From contig CAYHNH010000003.1 of NCBI GenBank assembly GCA_964358005.1, positions 16,334 through 80,333 of the forward strand: 64,000 nt of DNA. The letters run 5' to 3'. The translations under genes were made by a program, and so were the position numbers. Position 1 is the stretch's first letter; each line of letters starts with the position of its first letter. The notes under the pieces were generated by a model that saw only the letters and a list, made by a program, of their open reading frames with translations, ran no database searches and was not told the origin of the DNA. This document shows positions 55,672 through 64,000 of this stretch, piece by piece. Source of the DNA: an uncultured Candidatus Saccharibacteria bacterium (GTDB taxonomy: Bacteria > Patescibacteriota > Minisyncoccia > Phycocordibacterales > PALSA-1337).

Positions 55672-56049
55672 CTAGTTCACCGGAGCCATGTCGGCGAGAA
55701 GATCGCTGATCAGCGACCTGACCTGCTCGATCGTGAAGGGCTTATTCAGCATGTGCGGGCTGAATTTGGCCATCCGATCAGCTGTGCTTCGGCTCAAGGC
55801 ACCGGAGACAAAGACGATAGGGAAGGTGTGGCCAAGCCTTCTGATATCCTCCGCCATGATGATGCCATCCATTCGGGGCATCTGATAATCGGTGATAACG
55901 AGGTCAGGTGGAAAGGCTTTTATCGCCTTCAGGCCTTCGATCCCATCGGAAGCCTCAAGCACATTGTAGCCGGCTTGTCTGCATACCGCTGCTACGACAC
56001 CCCGCAGGGGCAGATCGTCATCAACGATGATGATGGTTTTCGTACGCAT
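55672..56049 (-). CDS. Single-domain response regulator (receiver)
   Basis: IVDDD, DLVITDYQMPRMDG and NKPF. Confidence 0.88.
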   Translation of the reverse strand: MRTKTIIIVDDDLPLRGVVAAVCRQAGYNVLEASDGIEGLKAIKAFPPDLVITDYQMPRMDGIIMAEDIRRLGHTFPIVFVSGALSRSTADRMAKFSPHMLNKPFTIEQVRSLISDLLADMAPVN

Positions 56050-56173
56050 TTTCTTTAAAAGGGCTGATTGTTACTGGAAATGACGGGCGGAGTGCCTGTC
56101 ATTACGAGATGCATTTTCGCACACAAATTATATAAAGTCAATAGGCTATCCCTGAATTCTAGCCTAGCCTGAA

Positions 56174-58378
56174 CTAAGCCTTGACCTTCTTCTGGAAGCC
56201 GCGCTTGGCTTTGGGCTTGGCGAGCATCTCGAGCGCGCGCGAGAGAGTGATGGTGTAGACGTCGTCGGGCGCCTTTATGGATCTAAAATCCTTGTCGCGG
56301 ACTACATAAGGGCCGAAGCGTCCTATCGATGCCGTCACCTCCAAGCTGGTAGCTGGATCTATGCCGAGCTTACGTGGCACGCTCAAGTATTTAAGAGCTT
56401 CCTCCATAGTGATTTTCGATGGGTCGGTTGTTTTTGGAATGGATGCCATTCTTGGTTTTACAGCACCCTTGGTCTTCTTCTCTGGCTTGAATCCGAGCTG
56501 GACATATGGACCAAAGCGGCCATTCAATACAAAGATCGGCAGACCTGTCGTGGGGTCAGTGCCTATGGGCTCGTCTTTCTTGAATTCCATGCCTTCCAAA
56601 GTGAGCGCTCCGTCGCAGTCAGGATATTTCTCACATGACAGGAATTTGCCGTTGCGGCCGAGCTTGATCTCCATGGGTGAGGCGCACTTAGGGCATTTGA
56701 ACTTCGGGTCAGCCTTGCCGAGGTTGGTGGCCTTGGCCAGCTTCTCTTTGGATTTGACGTCCTTGTGGAATGGTCCATAGAAATCCGAGAGGGTCTTTAA
56801 GTAGGTGCGTTCGCCGCTCGCTATCTCGTCGAGCTGATTCTCCATGTCGGCAGTGAACGAGTCGCTGATGTATGACGGGAAATATTCCTCCAGGAATGAG
56901 GAGACGACATCGCCGGTGTCGGTCGGCTTGAGCGAGCGGTTGTCGCGCTCGACATATCCGCGGTCCTCGATGGTCTTGCAGATAGATGCATACGTAGAAG
57001 GTCTGCCTATGCCGCGCTTCTCCAGTTCCTTGATGAGGCCGGCCTCTGTGTATCTGGAAGGCGGCTGAGTCTGCTTCTCCTCAGCGGCGATGGAGACAAG
57101 CGCGATAGCCTCGCCCTTCTTGCACTTAGGCAGGGTCATCTCCTCGCCGACTGATTCTGGGTCGGCTTTGAGCCAGCCATCGAAGAGGACTCGGGAGCCG
57201 TTTGCCTCGAAGACAGGCAGCTTATCACCGGACACGTTCGCGGAGATCTTGGTCCTGGCCATGATGGCGTCGCTCATCTGTGAAGCGACGGCCCTCTGCC
57301 ATATGAGACGGTAGAGCTTCTTCTGCTCGTCATTGGCGCCCGCGGATTCTTTTTTAAATACGCTGGGGCGTATGGCCTCGTGAGCCTCTTGGGCATTCTT
57401 GCTCTTTGTGGTGAATTTCCTGAATGAGAGATATTGTTTGCCGTAATTTTTCTCTATGGTCGCGCCAATCTGGTCGAGTGCCTGCTGGCCGAGATTGGTC
57501 GAATCCGTGCGCATATAGGTGATGTGGCCGGCCTCGTAAAGCTTCTGGGCTATGCCCATGGTGCGGGAAGGCGTAAACCCGAGGCGGGTGCTGGCCGTCT
57601 GTTGGAGCGTAGAGGTGATGAAAGGCGCCTTGGGCGAGCGCTTGACCTCGCTCTCCTCAATATCTGTGATCGTCCACTTCTCTTTTTTTGCAGTCGCTAG
57701 AATGGAGTCTACCTCCTTTTTGTCGCGGGGCTCCTTGGAGCAGGTGAGTGCTAGCGGTTGCTCGCTATCTGTATTCCACATGCCAGCGATGGCCCAATAC
57801 GTCTCTGGCACGAATGCACGGATCTCTCGCTCGCGCTCCATTATGATGCGCAGGGCTGGTGACTGGACGCGGCCGGCCGAGAGGCCATAGCGGACTTTCT
57901 TCCAAACTAGGCCGGAGAGGTCATAGCCTACGATGCGGTCGAGGACACGACGGGCCTCCTGGGCCTGGCGTAGATTCTGGTCTATCTCGCGTGGATGTTG
58001 GAGCGCCTCATTCACTGCCTCCTTGGTGATCTCATAGAAGGCGGCTCGCTCTATTTTTTGTGCCACGCTGGGGCCGAGGCGCTCTTTCAGTATCTCGGCT
58101 ATATGCCAGGCTATGGCTTCGCCTTCGCGGTCGGGGTCTGTCGCTAGTATTATCTCATCGGCTTTGGCAGCTTGGGTGGATATGTCGTCTAGAACATCCA
58201 TCTTCTTGGCGACGATCTCATAGTGGGGAACGAAGCCGCCCTCGATGTCGACAGCCTTCTTGTTTGATTTGGGCAGGTCACGGACGTGGCCGACGGAGGC
58301 GCGGACGATGAAATCATCGCCAAGATATTTGGAGATGGTCTTAGATTTCGATGGCGATTCGACGATGACTAATTTCAT
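56174..58378 (-). CDS. topA: DNA topoisomerase I
   Basis: IVESPSK, ATDPDREGEAI, SAGRVQS, ITYMRTDS and GIGRPSTY. Confidence 0.96.
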   Translation of the reverse strand: MKLVIVESPSKSKTISKYLGDDFIVRASVGHVRDLPKSNKKAVDIEGGFVPHYEIVAKKMDVLDDISTQAAKADEIILATDPDREGEAIAWHIAEILKERLGPSVAQKIERAAFYEITKEAVNEALQHPREIDQNLRQAQEARRVLDRIVGYDLSGLVWKKVRYGLSAGRVQSPALRIIMEREREIRAFVPETYWAIAGMWNTDSEQPLALTCSKEPRDKKEVDSILATAKKEKWTITDIEESEVKRSPKAPFITSTLQQTASTRLGFTPSRTMGIAQKLYEAGHITYMRTDSTNLGQQALDQIGATIEKNYGKQYLSFRKFTTKSKNAQEAHEAIRPSVFKKESAGANDEQKKLYRLIWQRAVASQMSDAIMARTKISANVSGDKLPVFEANGSRVLFDGWLKADPESVGEEMTLPKCKKGEAIALVSIAAEEKQTQPPSRYTEAGLIKELEKRGIGRPSTYASICKTIEDRGYVERDNRSLKPTDTGDVVSSFLEEYFPSYISDSFTADMENQLDEIASGERTYLKTLSDFYGPFHKDVKSKEKLAKATNLGKADPKFKCPKCASPMEIKLGRNGKFLSCEKYPDCDGALTLEGMEFKKDEPIGTDPTTGLPIFVLNGRFGPYVQLGFKPEKKTKGAVKPRMASIPKTTDPSKITMEEALKYLSVPRKLGIDPATSLEVTASIGRFGPYVVRDKDFRSIKAPDDVYTITLSRALEMLAKPKAKRGFQKKVKA

Positions 58379-58438
58379 GGGTGCGTTCAGTATTACATTA
58401 TAATTTCATGCAAGGCAAATATGGTGGCGGATTTTACG

Positions 58439-59308
58439 CTATATACATCTGACGGTATCGTCCGAAATGCTGACCAATCCCTCTAGCTCAAGATAGGCAA
58501 GTTTCTCATTCAGTTTAGTGGGTGACATCCGTAATTTTTCGGAAAGGTGATCGATAGTGTATTCAGAGATTTTGAGCACCTCGATGATGCTCCGAGAGTC
58601 TTGGTCCAGCTTCTCTACAATAGATAGGGTTTCGGAGGATAGCTTGTTGGCCTCAAAACCGAAGTTTTCAAGCACATCTCTGGCTGAGCTCACCATCAAC
58701 GCACCATTTTTGATGAGCATGTGCGGTCCATATGAGTGTGAATTTGATATCGGCCCAGGTATCGCCATAATGTCTCTGTCATATTCCTCGGCGTGTTTTG
58801 CGGTCATTAGAGAACCAGACCCCTTGCCGGCTTCAACTATGAGGGTCGCATGCGATAGTCCGGCCATGAGCTTGTTTCTTGCAGGAAATGCCCATTTGCC
58901 TGTGTCGTAGCCGACCCTCCATTGCGAGACGAGAGCCCCTCCCTTATCCACGATCTCTCGAGCGAGCCTGGTATGCGCAGGCGGGTATATAGCCTTCCAT
59001 TCTAGGGTCGAACCTGGAAAAGCGATGCAGTGGAGGCCGGCATCCAGAGCTGCCATATGGGCTATGCTGTCTATTCCCAGGGCGAGACCGGAGACTATGG
59101 AGATAGGGTATCCTCGGAGTCCGCTCAAAATTTTATTGACGGAATCTCTTCCGTATGTCGTCCAATCACGCGAACCGACGACACATAGGTATTTTCTGTC
59201 TTCATCAACAGGAAAATGGCCTCTTATATAGAGTTTTCTGGGAGACCCAGGCATATTTTTTAGAGTATTTGGATAATCGCTCTTATTCAGAATATTTATT
59301 TCATTCAT
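58439..59308 (-). CDS. dprA: DNA-processing protein DprA
   Basis: VVGSR, SGLALGID, FPARN and GSLMTA; C-terminal wHTH. Confidence 0.92.
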   Translation of the reverse strand: MNEINILNKSDYPNTLKNMPGSPRKLYIRGHFPVDEDRKYLCVVGSRDWTTYGRDSVNKILSGLRGYPISIVSGLALGIDSIAHMAALDAGLHCIAFPGSTLEWKAIYPPAHTRLAREIVDKGGALVSQWRVGYDTGKWAFPARNKLMAGLSHATLIVEAGKGSGSLMTAKHAEEYDRDIMAIPGPISNSHSYGPHMLIKNGALMVSSARDVLENFGFEANKLSSETLSIVEKLDQDSRSIIEVLKISEYTIDHLSEKLRMSPTKLNEKLAYLELEGLVSISDDTVRCI

Positions 59309-59484
59309 GTCAATAAAAATTATTGGTTAATAAGACAACACAATGATTCCCGCGAGGCAGCCGGCGTGTGGAAATCGAAAGCCCAAAAGCGCAGCCACGC
59401 AAAAAATCGCGCACAGGCGCGGCAGTGGGCACCATTATAACACTTTTTTTATTGTCCATATATTGCTATTATTACCGCACTGAC

Positions 59485-60747
59485 ATGCTAGACATCAGAT
59501 TCATCCGCGAAAACAAGGACATAGTGGCGGCTGCGGCCAAAAAGAAGCATATAGCCTTCGATGTGGACGAGCTCATCGCTCTCGATGAAAAGCGGCGAGC
59601 GCTTATGGCGGCCTCCGAAGCAAAAAGGGCTGAGCAGAATGCCGCTAACAGCAGCATAGCCAGCGCCATTTCTGCCGATGACCGCGCCAGACTCATCTCG
59701 TCGATGAAGACCGTCAAGACCGACCTCGAAAAGGCCGAAACAGAGCTCAAGGAGATCATGAAAGCCTGGCAAGATCTCATGCTCCGAGTGCCCAACATTC
59801 CAGACATGTCCGTCCCGGAGGGTGACAGCGATGCCGACAATAAGGAGGTAAAAGTCTGGGGAGAAAAGACCGCATTTTCATTTGAGGCCAAAGACCATAT
59901 AGAGCTCATGACCAACCTAAAGATGGTGGATTTCGAGAGAGCGGCGAAGGTCCACGGGTTCAGAGGCTATTATCTGACTGGGGATGGCGCCAGGCTCTGC
60001 TTCGCTATCTGGAGCTACGCCATGGATTTCTTCTCTGGCAAGGGCTTCACCCCGATCATGCCCCCGGCGATAGTGAGAAAGATATTTTTGTACGGCACCG
60101 GCTATCTCCCAGGCGACGCGAATGATTTCTATACGATTCAAGACGGCGATGTGCTCGCTGGCACTGCGGAGGTCCCGCTTATGGCCATGCATAGCGAGGA
60201 GATCCTAGATCTAGCCGAATTGCCCAAGAGATACCTCGGATTCTCTCCGAGCTATAGGAGGGAGATAGGCGCCCACGGCAAGGACGTCAAGGGTCTAATT
60301 CGTGTCCATGAGTTTCAGAAATTCGAGCAGGTCGTCATATGCGAGGCCAACCACGAGACTTCGGTGAGGACTCATGAGGAGCTCAATCGCAACACGGAGG
60401 AATTCATTGAATCGTTGGGTATCCCGTATCACACTGTCATCAATTGTGGTGGAGACTTGGGTATCGGGCAGGTCAAAAAATATGATATAGAGCTCTGGGT
60501 TCCTAAGGAAGGCAAGTATAGAGAGATTTCGTCTGCTTCGTATTTCCACGATTTCCAATGCCGCCGCCTCAATATCCGCTACAAGGACGCCGCGGGTAAG
60601 ATGAACTACTGCCATTCATTGAATTCCACCGCCATCCCGACGCCGCGCATACTTGTGTCGCTCGTGGAGAACTTCCAGCAGGCTGATGGCACCATCAGAG
60701 TACCGGAGGCGCTCGTTAAATATCTAGGCAAGAATGCGATCCAATAA
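59485..60747 (+). CDS. serS: Serine--tRNA ligase
   Basis: MLDIRFIREN, GTAEVP, GLIRVHEFQKFEQ and EISSAS; start ATG 59485. Confidence 0.95.
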   Translation: MLDIRFIRENKDIVAAAAKKKHIAFDVDELIALDEKRRALMAASEAKRAEQNAANSSIASAISADDRARLISSMKTVKTDLEKAETELKEIMKAWQDLMLRVPNIPDMSVPEGDSDADNKEVKVWGEKTAFSFEAKDHIELMTNLKMVDFERAAKVHGFRGYYLTGDGARLCFAIWSYAMDFFSGKGFTPIMPPAIVRKIFLYGTGYLPGDANDFYTIQDGDVLAGTAEVPLMAMHSEEILDLAELPKRYLGFSPSYRREIGAHGKDVKGLIRVHEFQKFEQVVICEANHETSVRTHEELNRNTEEFIESLGIPYHTVINCGGDLGIGQVKKYDIELWVPKEGKYREISSASYFHDFQCRRLNIRYKDAAGKMNYCHSLNSTAIPTPRILVSLVENFQQADGTIRVPEALVKYLGKNAIQ

Positions 60748-61618
60748 CTCACGCCAGTCGAAGCCCTTCGCGGAGAGGCGTCGCAGGCGCGCGATCATAG
60801 GCACGATCGCCGGTGTGTTGGCAGTCGCATCCTGGCTGTTCTCACTCTCCAGGCTCTCATTCATATCGGCTCTGGCGATCGAGGATGTAGAGGTGTATGG
60901 CGTCGAAGCCGACCTTGCCCCAGTCATGCGATCCGCTGCGCTCGAGGCTATGAGTGGCGCCTACCTGGGCATATTCTCCAAAGGCAACGCATTCACATAC
61001 CCAGAAGCCAGGATTGTTGCATGGGTAGCTTCGTCGTCGCCTCGTGTGATGAACGTCAGCGTGAGGAGATCCGGCCTGCACAAGCTGGTGGTGTCAGTGT
61101 CAGAAAAGGCCACGGCCGCCATCATCTGTGCCGATCTGCCCGATCTCTCGGATGGTTCTCTCGACCGGAATGAGAACTGCTACGAAGCCGACGCTACCGG
61201 CTACGTATTCAAGCCCGTGGGCGGTTCGCCTTCAGCCGATTTGTTTAGATATTACATTCCCGACCTGGCTGGCAAGAAGCTGGATGGATCATTCGCGACG
61301 AGCACGGAGAAATTCCGGACTATCTTCGAACTGCTCTCGTCAGTGAAAGAGGCCGGCATAGGTGTCCATGGCATCCTACTTGAGAATGGTCATGACTACG
61401 AGCTGTATGCCGACAATCCCGCCGGTGGGTCTCTGGTCGTCATCACCATGAATGAGGATGCGGGGCTTGAAGTACAAAAAGAGAACCTCATCGCCTACTG
61501 GAACCGCATGGTCGCCCTGGCAAAAACCAAAAGCGTCAACCTGGCCTGGGATGAGATAAAACTGCAATACCCTCCGAATGTCTACTCGCGCCCAGATTTC
61601 GGACTCGAATCAAAATGA
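60734..61618 (+). CDS. FtsQ/DivIB-like cell division protein
   Basis: Basic N-terminus, one TM, POTRA-like IEDVEVYG...VSVSEK and DATGYVF. Confidence 0.55.
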   Translation: MRSNNSRQSKPFAERRRRRAIIGTIAGVLAVASWLFSLSRLSFISALAIEDVEVYGVEADLAPVMRSAALEAMSGAYLGIFSKGNAFTYPEARIVAWVASSSPRVMNVSVRRSGLHKLVVSVSEKATAAIICADLPDLSDGSLDRNENCYEADATGYVFKPVGGSPSADLFRYYIPDLAGKKLDGSFATSTEKFRTIFELLSSVKEAGIGVHGILLENGHDYELYADNPAGGSLVVITMNEDAGLEVQKENLIAYWNRMVALAKTKSVNLAWDEIKLQYPPNVYSRPDFGLESK

Positions 61619-62526
61619 GGAGTTTTTTTATGGTCCTGTTCTATGGTCTGGCGCTGGTCTTCGGAGGTATCCTGATCATGTGGGGGCTGGATCGTATCTC
61701 AGAGCGTGAGCCCTCGGTGGCAAATACCGATGGCACCGTGAATGATGGGCTGAGCCGCCTCATACGCTACACTGCTAATGAGGAGGAGGACGTGATAAAT
61801 TCCGCGCTTGGCAGTTTGCCACAAGGTGAGGATCGTATAACCGCATCGTCATATATAGTCAAGAATCTAACCAAGAACAGCGTGTGGACTGAATACGACT
61901 CGGACAGGATCAGGCCCATAGCCTCGGTCGCCAAGCTGGTGACTGCGGTGATAGCGCGCAAGCTCATTCCCGAAGATGCCGAGATCAGCATCTCAGCGGC
62001 TATCGTCAATACTTTCGGCAACACTGCGGGCTTCAGAGAGGGCGAAACATTTTCTGCATCTGACCTCATGTACCCGCTTCTCATGGTCTCATCGAATGAC
62101 GCAGCCGAAGCCTTCGCCAGGAAATTTGGCCGCAAGCTATTCGTGAGGGCCATGAATGACTTCGTGCAATCCATAGGGGCATACAAGACATATTTTTCGG
62201 ATCCTTCCGGCCTGTCGAAGAACGATGTTTCCTCCGCTGGTGATTTGGCACTGATCCTGGGTTGGATACGCCAGAATGAACCCAGCATACTCGATATCAC
62301 GCTGACGAAGACCAAGACTGTGCGCAATCATACTTGGGTGAACCCCACGCATTTCCTCTCGTGGTCGTACTATATTGGTGGCAAGAATGGGTTCATCGAC
62401 GAGGCTGGCAGGACTGCCGCGGCGCTCTTCCGGTTGGGCTATGAAAAAGACATATACGCCATAGTAGTACTTGGCAGCGAGAACAGAGATGCTGATGTGG
62501 TGCGTTTGATAAACAAGGTCAAATAA
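61615..62526 (+). CDS. D-alanyl-D-alanine carboxypeptidase (peptidase S11)
   Basis: SxxK (ASVAK), SSN, DPSGL and KTG-like GGKNG. Confidence 0.85.
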   Translation: MRSFFMVLFYGLALVFGGILIMWGLDRISEREPSVANTDGTVNDGLSRLIRYTANEEEDVINSALGSLPQGEDRITASSYIVKNLTKNSVWTEYDSDRIRPIASVAKLVTAVIARKLIPEDAEISISAAIVNTFGNTAGFREGETFSASDLMYPLLMVSSNDAAEAFARKFGRKLFVRAMNDFVQSIGAYKTYFSDPSGLSKNDVSSAGDLALILGWIRQNEPSILDITLTKTKTVRNHTWVNPTHFLSWSYYIGGKNGFIDEAGRTAAALFRLGYEKDIYAIVVLGSENRDADVVRLINKVK

Positions 62527-62540
62527 TATACATTAGGCCG

Positions 62541-63524
62541 ATGAACTTCTGGAATAGTTTGAGGAAGGCAGGCAAGCCGCTTTTTGTCATGGCTCCGATG
62601 GCGAACGTGACAGACGTTGTTTTTCGCGGCCTGTTCGCCAAATACGGCAAGCCGGATGTGACCTGGACCGAATTTGTGTCTGCCGACGGGCTCATATCTC
62701 CAGGCAGGAAGAAGCTGATGATAGATCTGAAGTTCTCGCCGAAGGAGAGGCCGATTGTGGCCCAGCTTTTTACCGGTCATCCCGAAGCCATGAAGAAGGC
62801 CGCGGCGCTTGCGGCAAAGCTGCGATTCGATGGCATAGATATCAATATGGGCTGTCCCGATCGTGCTGTCGAGAAGCAGGGCGGTGGTGCGGCACATATA
62901 AAGAACCCGAAGCTGGCGATAGAGGTCCTGGAGGCGGCGCGCGCAGGTGCAAAAGGCCTGCCCGTGAGCGTGAAGACTCGCATCGGCTATAACTCGTATG
63001 ATATTGGATGGACAAGACTGCTCCTAGAGCAGAAACTGCCGGCGCTCACGGTCCATCTGAGGACACGCAAGGAGATGTCAGATGTGCCGGCGCATTGGGA
63101 GCACATGGGAGAGATAGTCAGGCTTCGAGATGAGATCAGCCCGGAGACGATCATTCTGGGTAACGGCGATGTCGAGTCGATAGAGGACGGCCGTGCCAAG
63201 ATAAGGAAATACGGTTGTGATGGTGTGATGATAGGTCGCGGAATATTCGGTAAGCCATGGCTCTTCGAGAAGAAGGCTTTGCACGATTTTGGAGAATCGG
63301 CCCGTGAGCGTACGCCGGAGGAGCGTTTGAAGATCCTGGTTGAACACGCCAAGCTTTTCGAGAAGACATTCAAGGGCGTAAAAAGTTTCGCCGTAATGAG
63401 GAAGCATTTCAAGGCCTATGTGAACGGCTGGGACGGGGCTAAGGAGCTAAGGGCCGAGCTCATGACTGCCGAGGATGCGAAAGGGGTGGCGACTATCGTT
63501 AAGGCCTATTTGAAATCATGCTAA
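62541..63524 (+). CDS. dus: tRNA-dihydrouridine synthase
   Basis: APMANVTD, DINMGCP, SVKTRIG, NGDV and GVMIGRG. Confidence 0.92.
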   Translation: MNFWNSLRKAGKPLFVMAPMANVTDVVFRGLFAKYGKPDVTWTEFVSADGLISPGRKKLMIDLKFSPKERPIVAQLFTGHPEAMKKAAALAAKLRFDGIDINMGCPDRAVEKQGGGAAHIKNPKLAIEVLEAARAGAKGLPVSVKTRIGYNSYDIGWTRLLLEQKLPALTVHLRTRKEMSDVPAHWEHMGEIVRLRDEISPETIILGNGDVESIEDGRAKIRKYGCDGVMIGRGIFGKPWLFEKKALHDFGESARERTPEERLKILVEHAKLFEKTFKGVKSFAVMRKHFKAYVNGWDGAKELRAELMTAEDAKGVATIVKAYLKSC

Positions 63525-63533
63525 AATAACCTC

Positions 63534-64000
63534 ATGGCAGTCCTATACCGCACATATCGCCCCCAAAAATGGCCCGAAGTCATGGGCCAGGAGCACATAA
63601 TAGACGCGCTCAAGGATGCGATAGCAAACGAGAGAATTGCTCATGCCTATCTTTTTTCTGGATCGCGTGGCACCGGCAAGACGACCGTGGCTCGTATCCT
63701 CGCTAGAGAAGTCAAAACAGCGACAGATGACATCTATGAGATAGATGCGGCTTCGAACCGCGGCATCGATGACATCCGACAATTGCGCGAGCATGTCTCC
63801 GTTCTGCCGTTCTCCTCGGCCTACAAGGTGTATATCGTCGACGAAGTCCACATGCTATCCAAAGACGCTTGGAATGCGCTTTTGAAGACTCTCGAGGAAC
63901 CGCCCAAGCATGTCATTTTCATATTGGCGACCACGGAGCTGGACAAAGTTCCAGAGACGATAGTCTCGCGCTGTCAGACCTTCGCCTTCAGGAAGCCCTC
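63534..64000 (+). CDS. dnaX: DNA polymerase III subunit gamma/tau (3'-truncated by window edge)
   Basis: [42 protein letters not shown] and SRC. Confidence 0.95.
   Translation, partial: MAVLYRTYRPQKWPEVMGQEHIIDALKDAIANERIAHAYLFSGSRGTGKTTVARILAREVKTATDDIYEIDAASNRGIDDIRQLREHVSVLPFSSAYKVYIVDEVHMLSKDAWNALLKTLEEPPKHVIFILATTELDKVPETIVSRCQTFAFRKP

Noticed and set aside
59340-59484. T-box leader for serS
   Set aside because: No T-box consensus (AAGGTGGTACCGCG-like); a -10-like element lies just upstream of the serS ATG
1-64000. Alternative genetic code (UGA recoding, as in some CPR lineages)
   Set aside because: Genes are full length under code 11 and several end at TGA (e.g. trxB, nusB, lexA)

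Overview
Bacterial chromosome segment, genetic code 11. Gene content and style point to a Patescibacteria/CPR (Parcubacteria-like) genome; this is an inference from compact housekeeping genes, a TrbC/VirB2-like pilin array, a short SMC, a divergent HisRS-like protein and tRNAs without encoded CCA. The core backbone includes ftsZ/ftsA, rpsU, lepB, pth, rpsA, gyrA, rpmF, nusB, rnc, smc, clpB, alr, rpmG, lexA, rarA, miaA, parB, topA, dprA, serS, dus, a partial dnaX and 8 tRNAs. Accessory blocks interrupt it: an AT-rich methyltransferase/carbamoyltransferase/HAD operon (0-4.9 kb), a GC-rich orphan island (27.5-33.2 kb), a ParB-like gene with a non-coding unit (44.4-46.7 kb) and an AT-rich Panacea-antitoxin island (49.3-51.9 kb). 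The two strongest unexplained signals are (1) a ~400-nt minus-strand non-coding transcription unit at 46271-46687, with a consensus promoter, an intrinsic terminator, about ten hairpins and a cUUCGg loop, a candidate new large structured RNA; and (2) a family of short structured elements with a covarying core and variable inverted arms, several attached to tRNA ends and one forming a tRNA-minihelix mimic. All family assignments come from motif recognition by eye; no searches were run.
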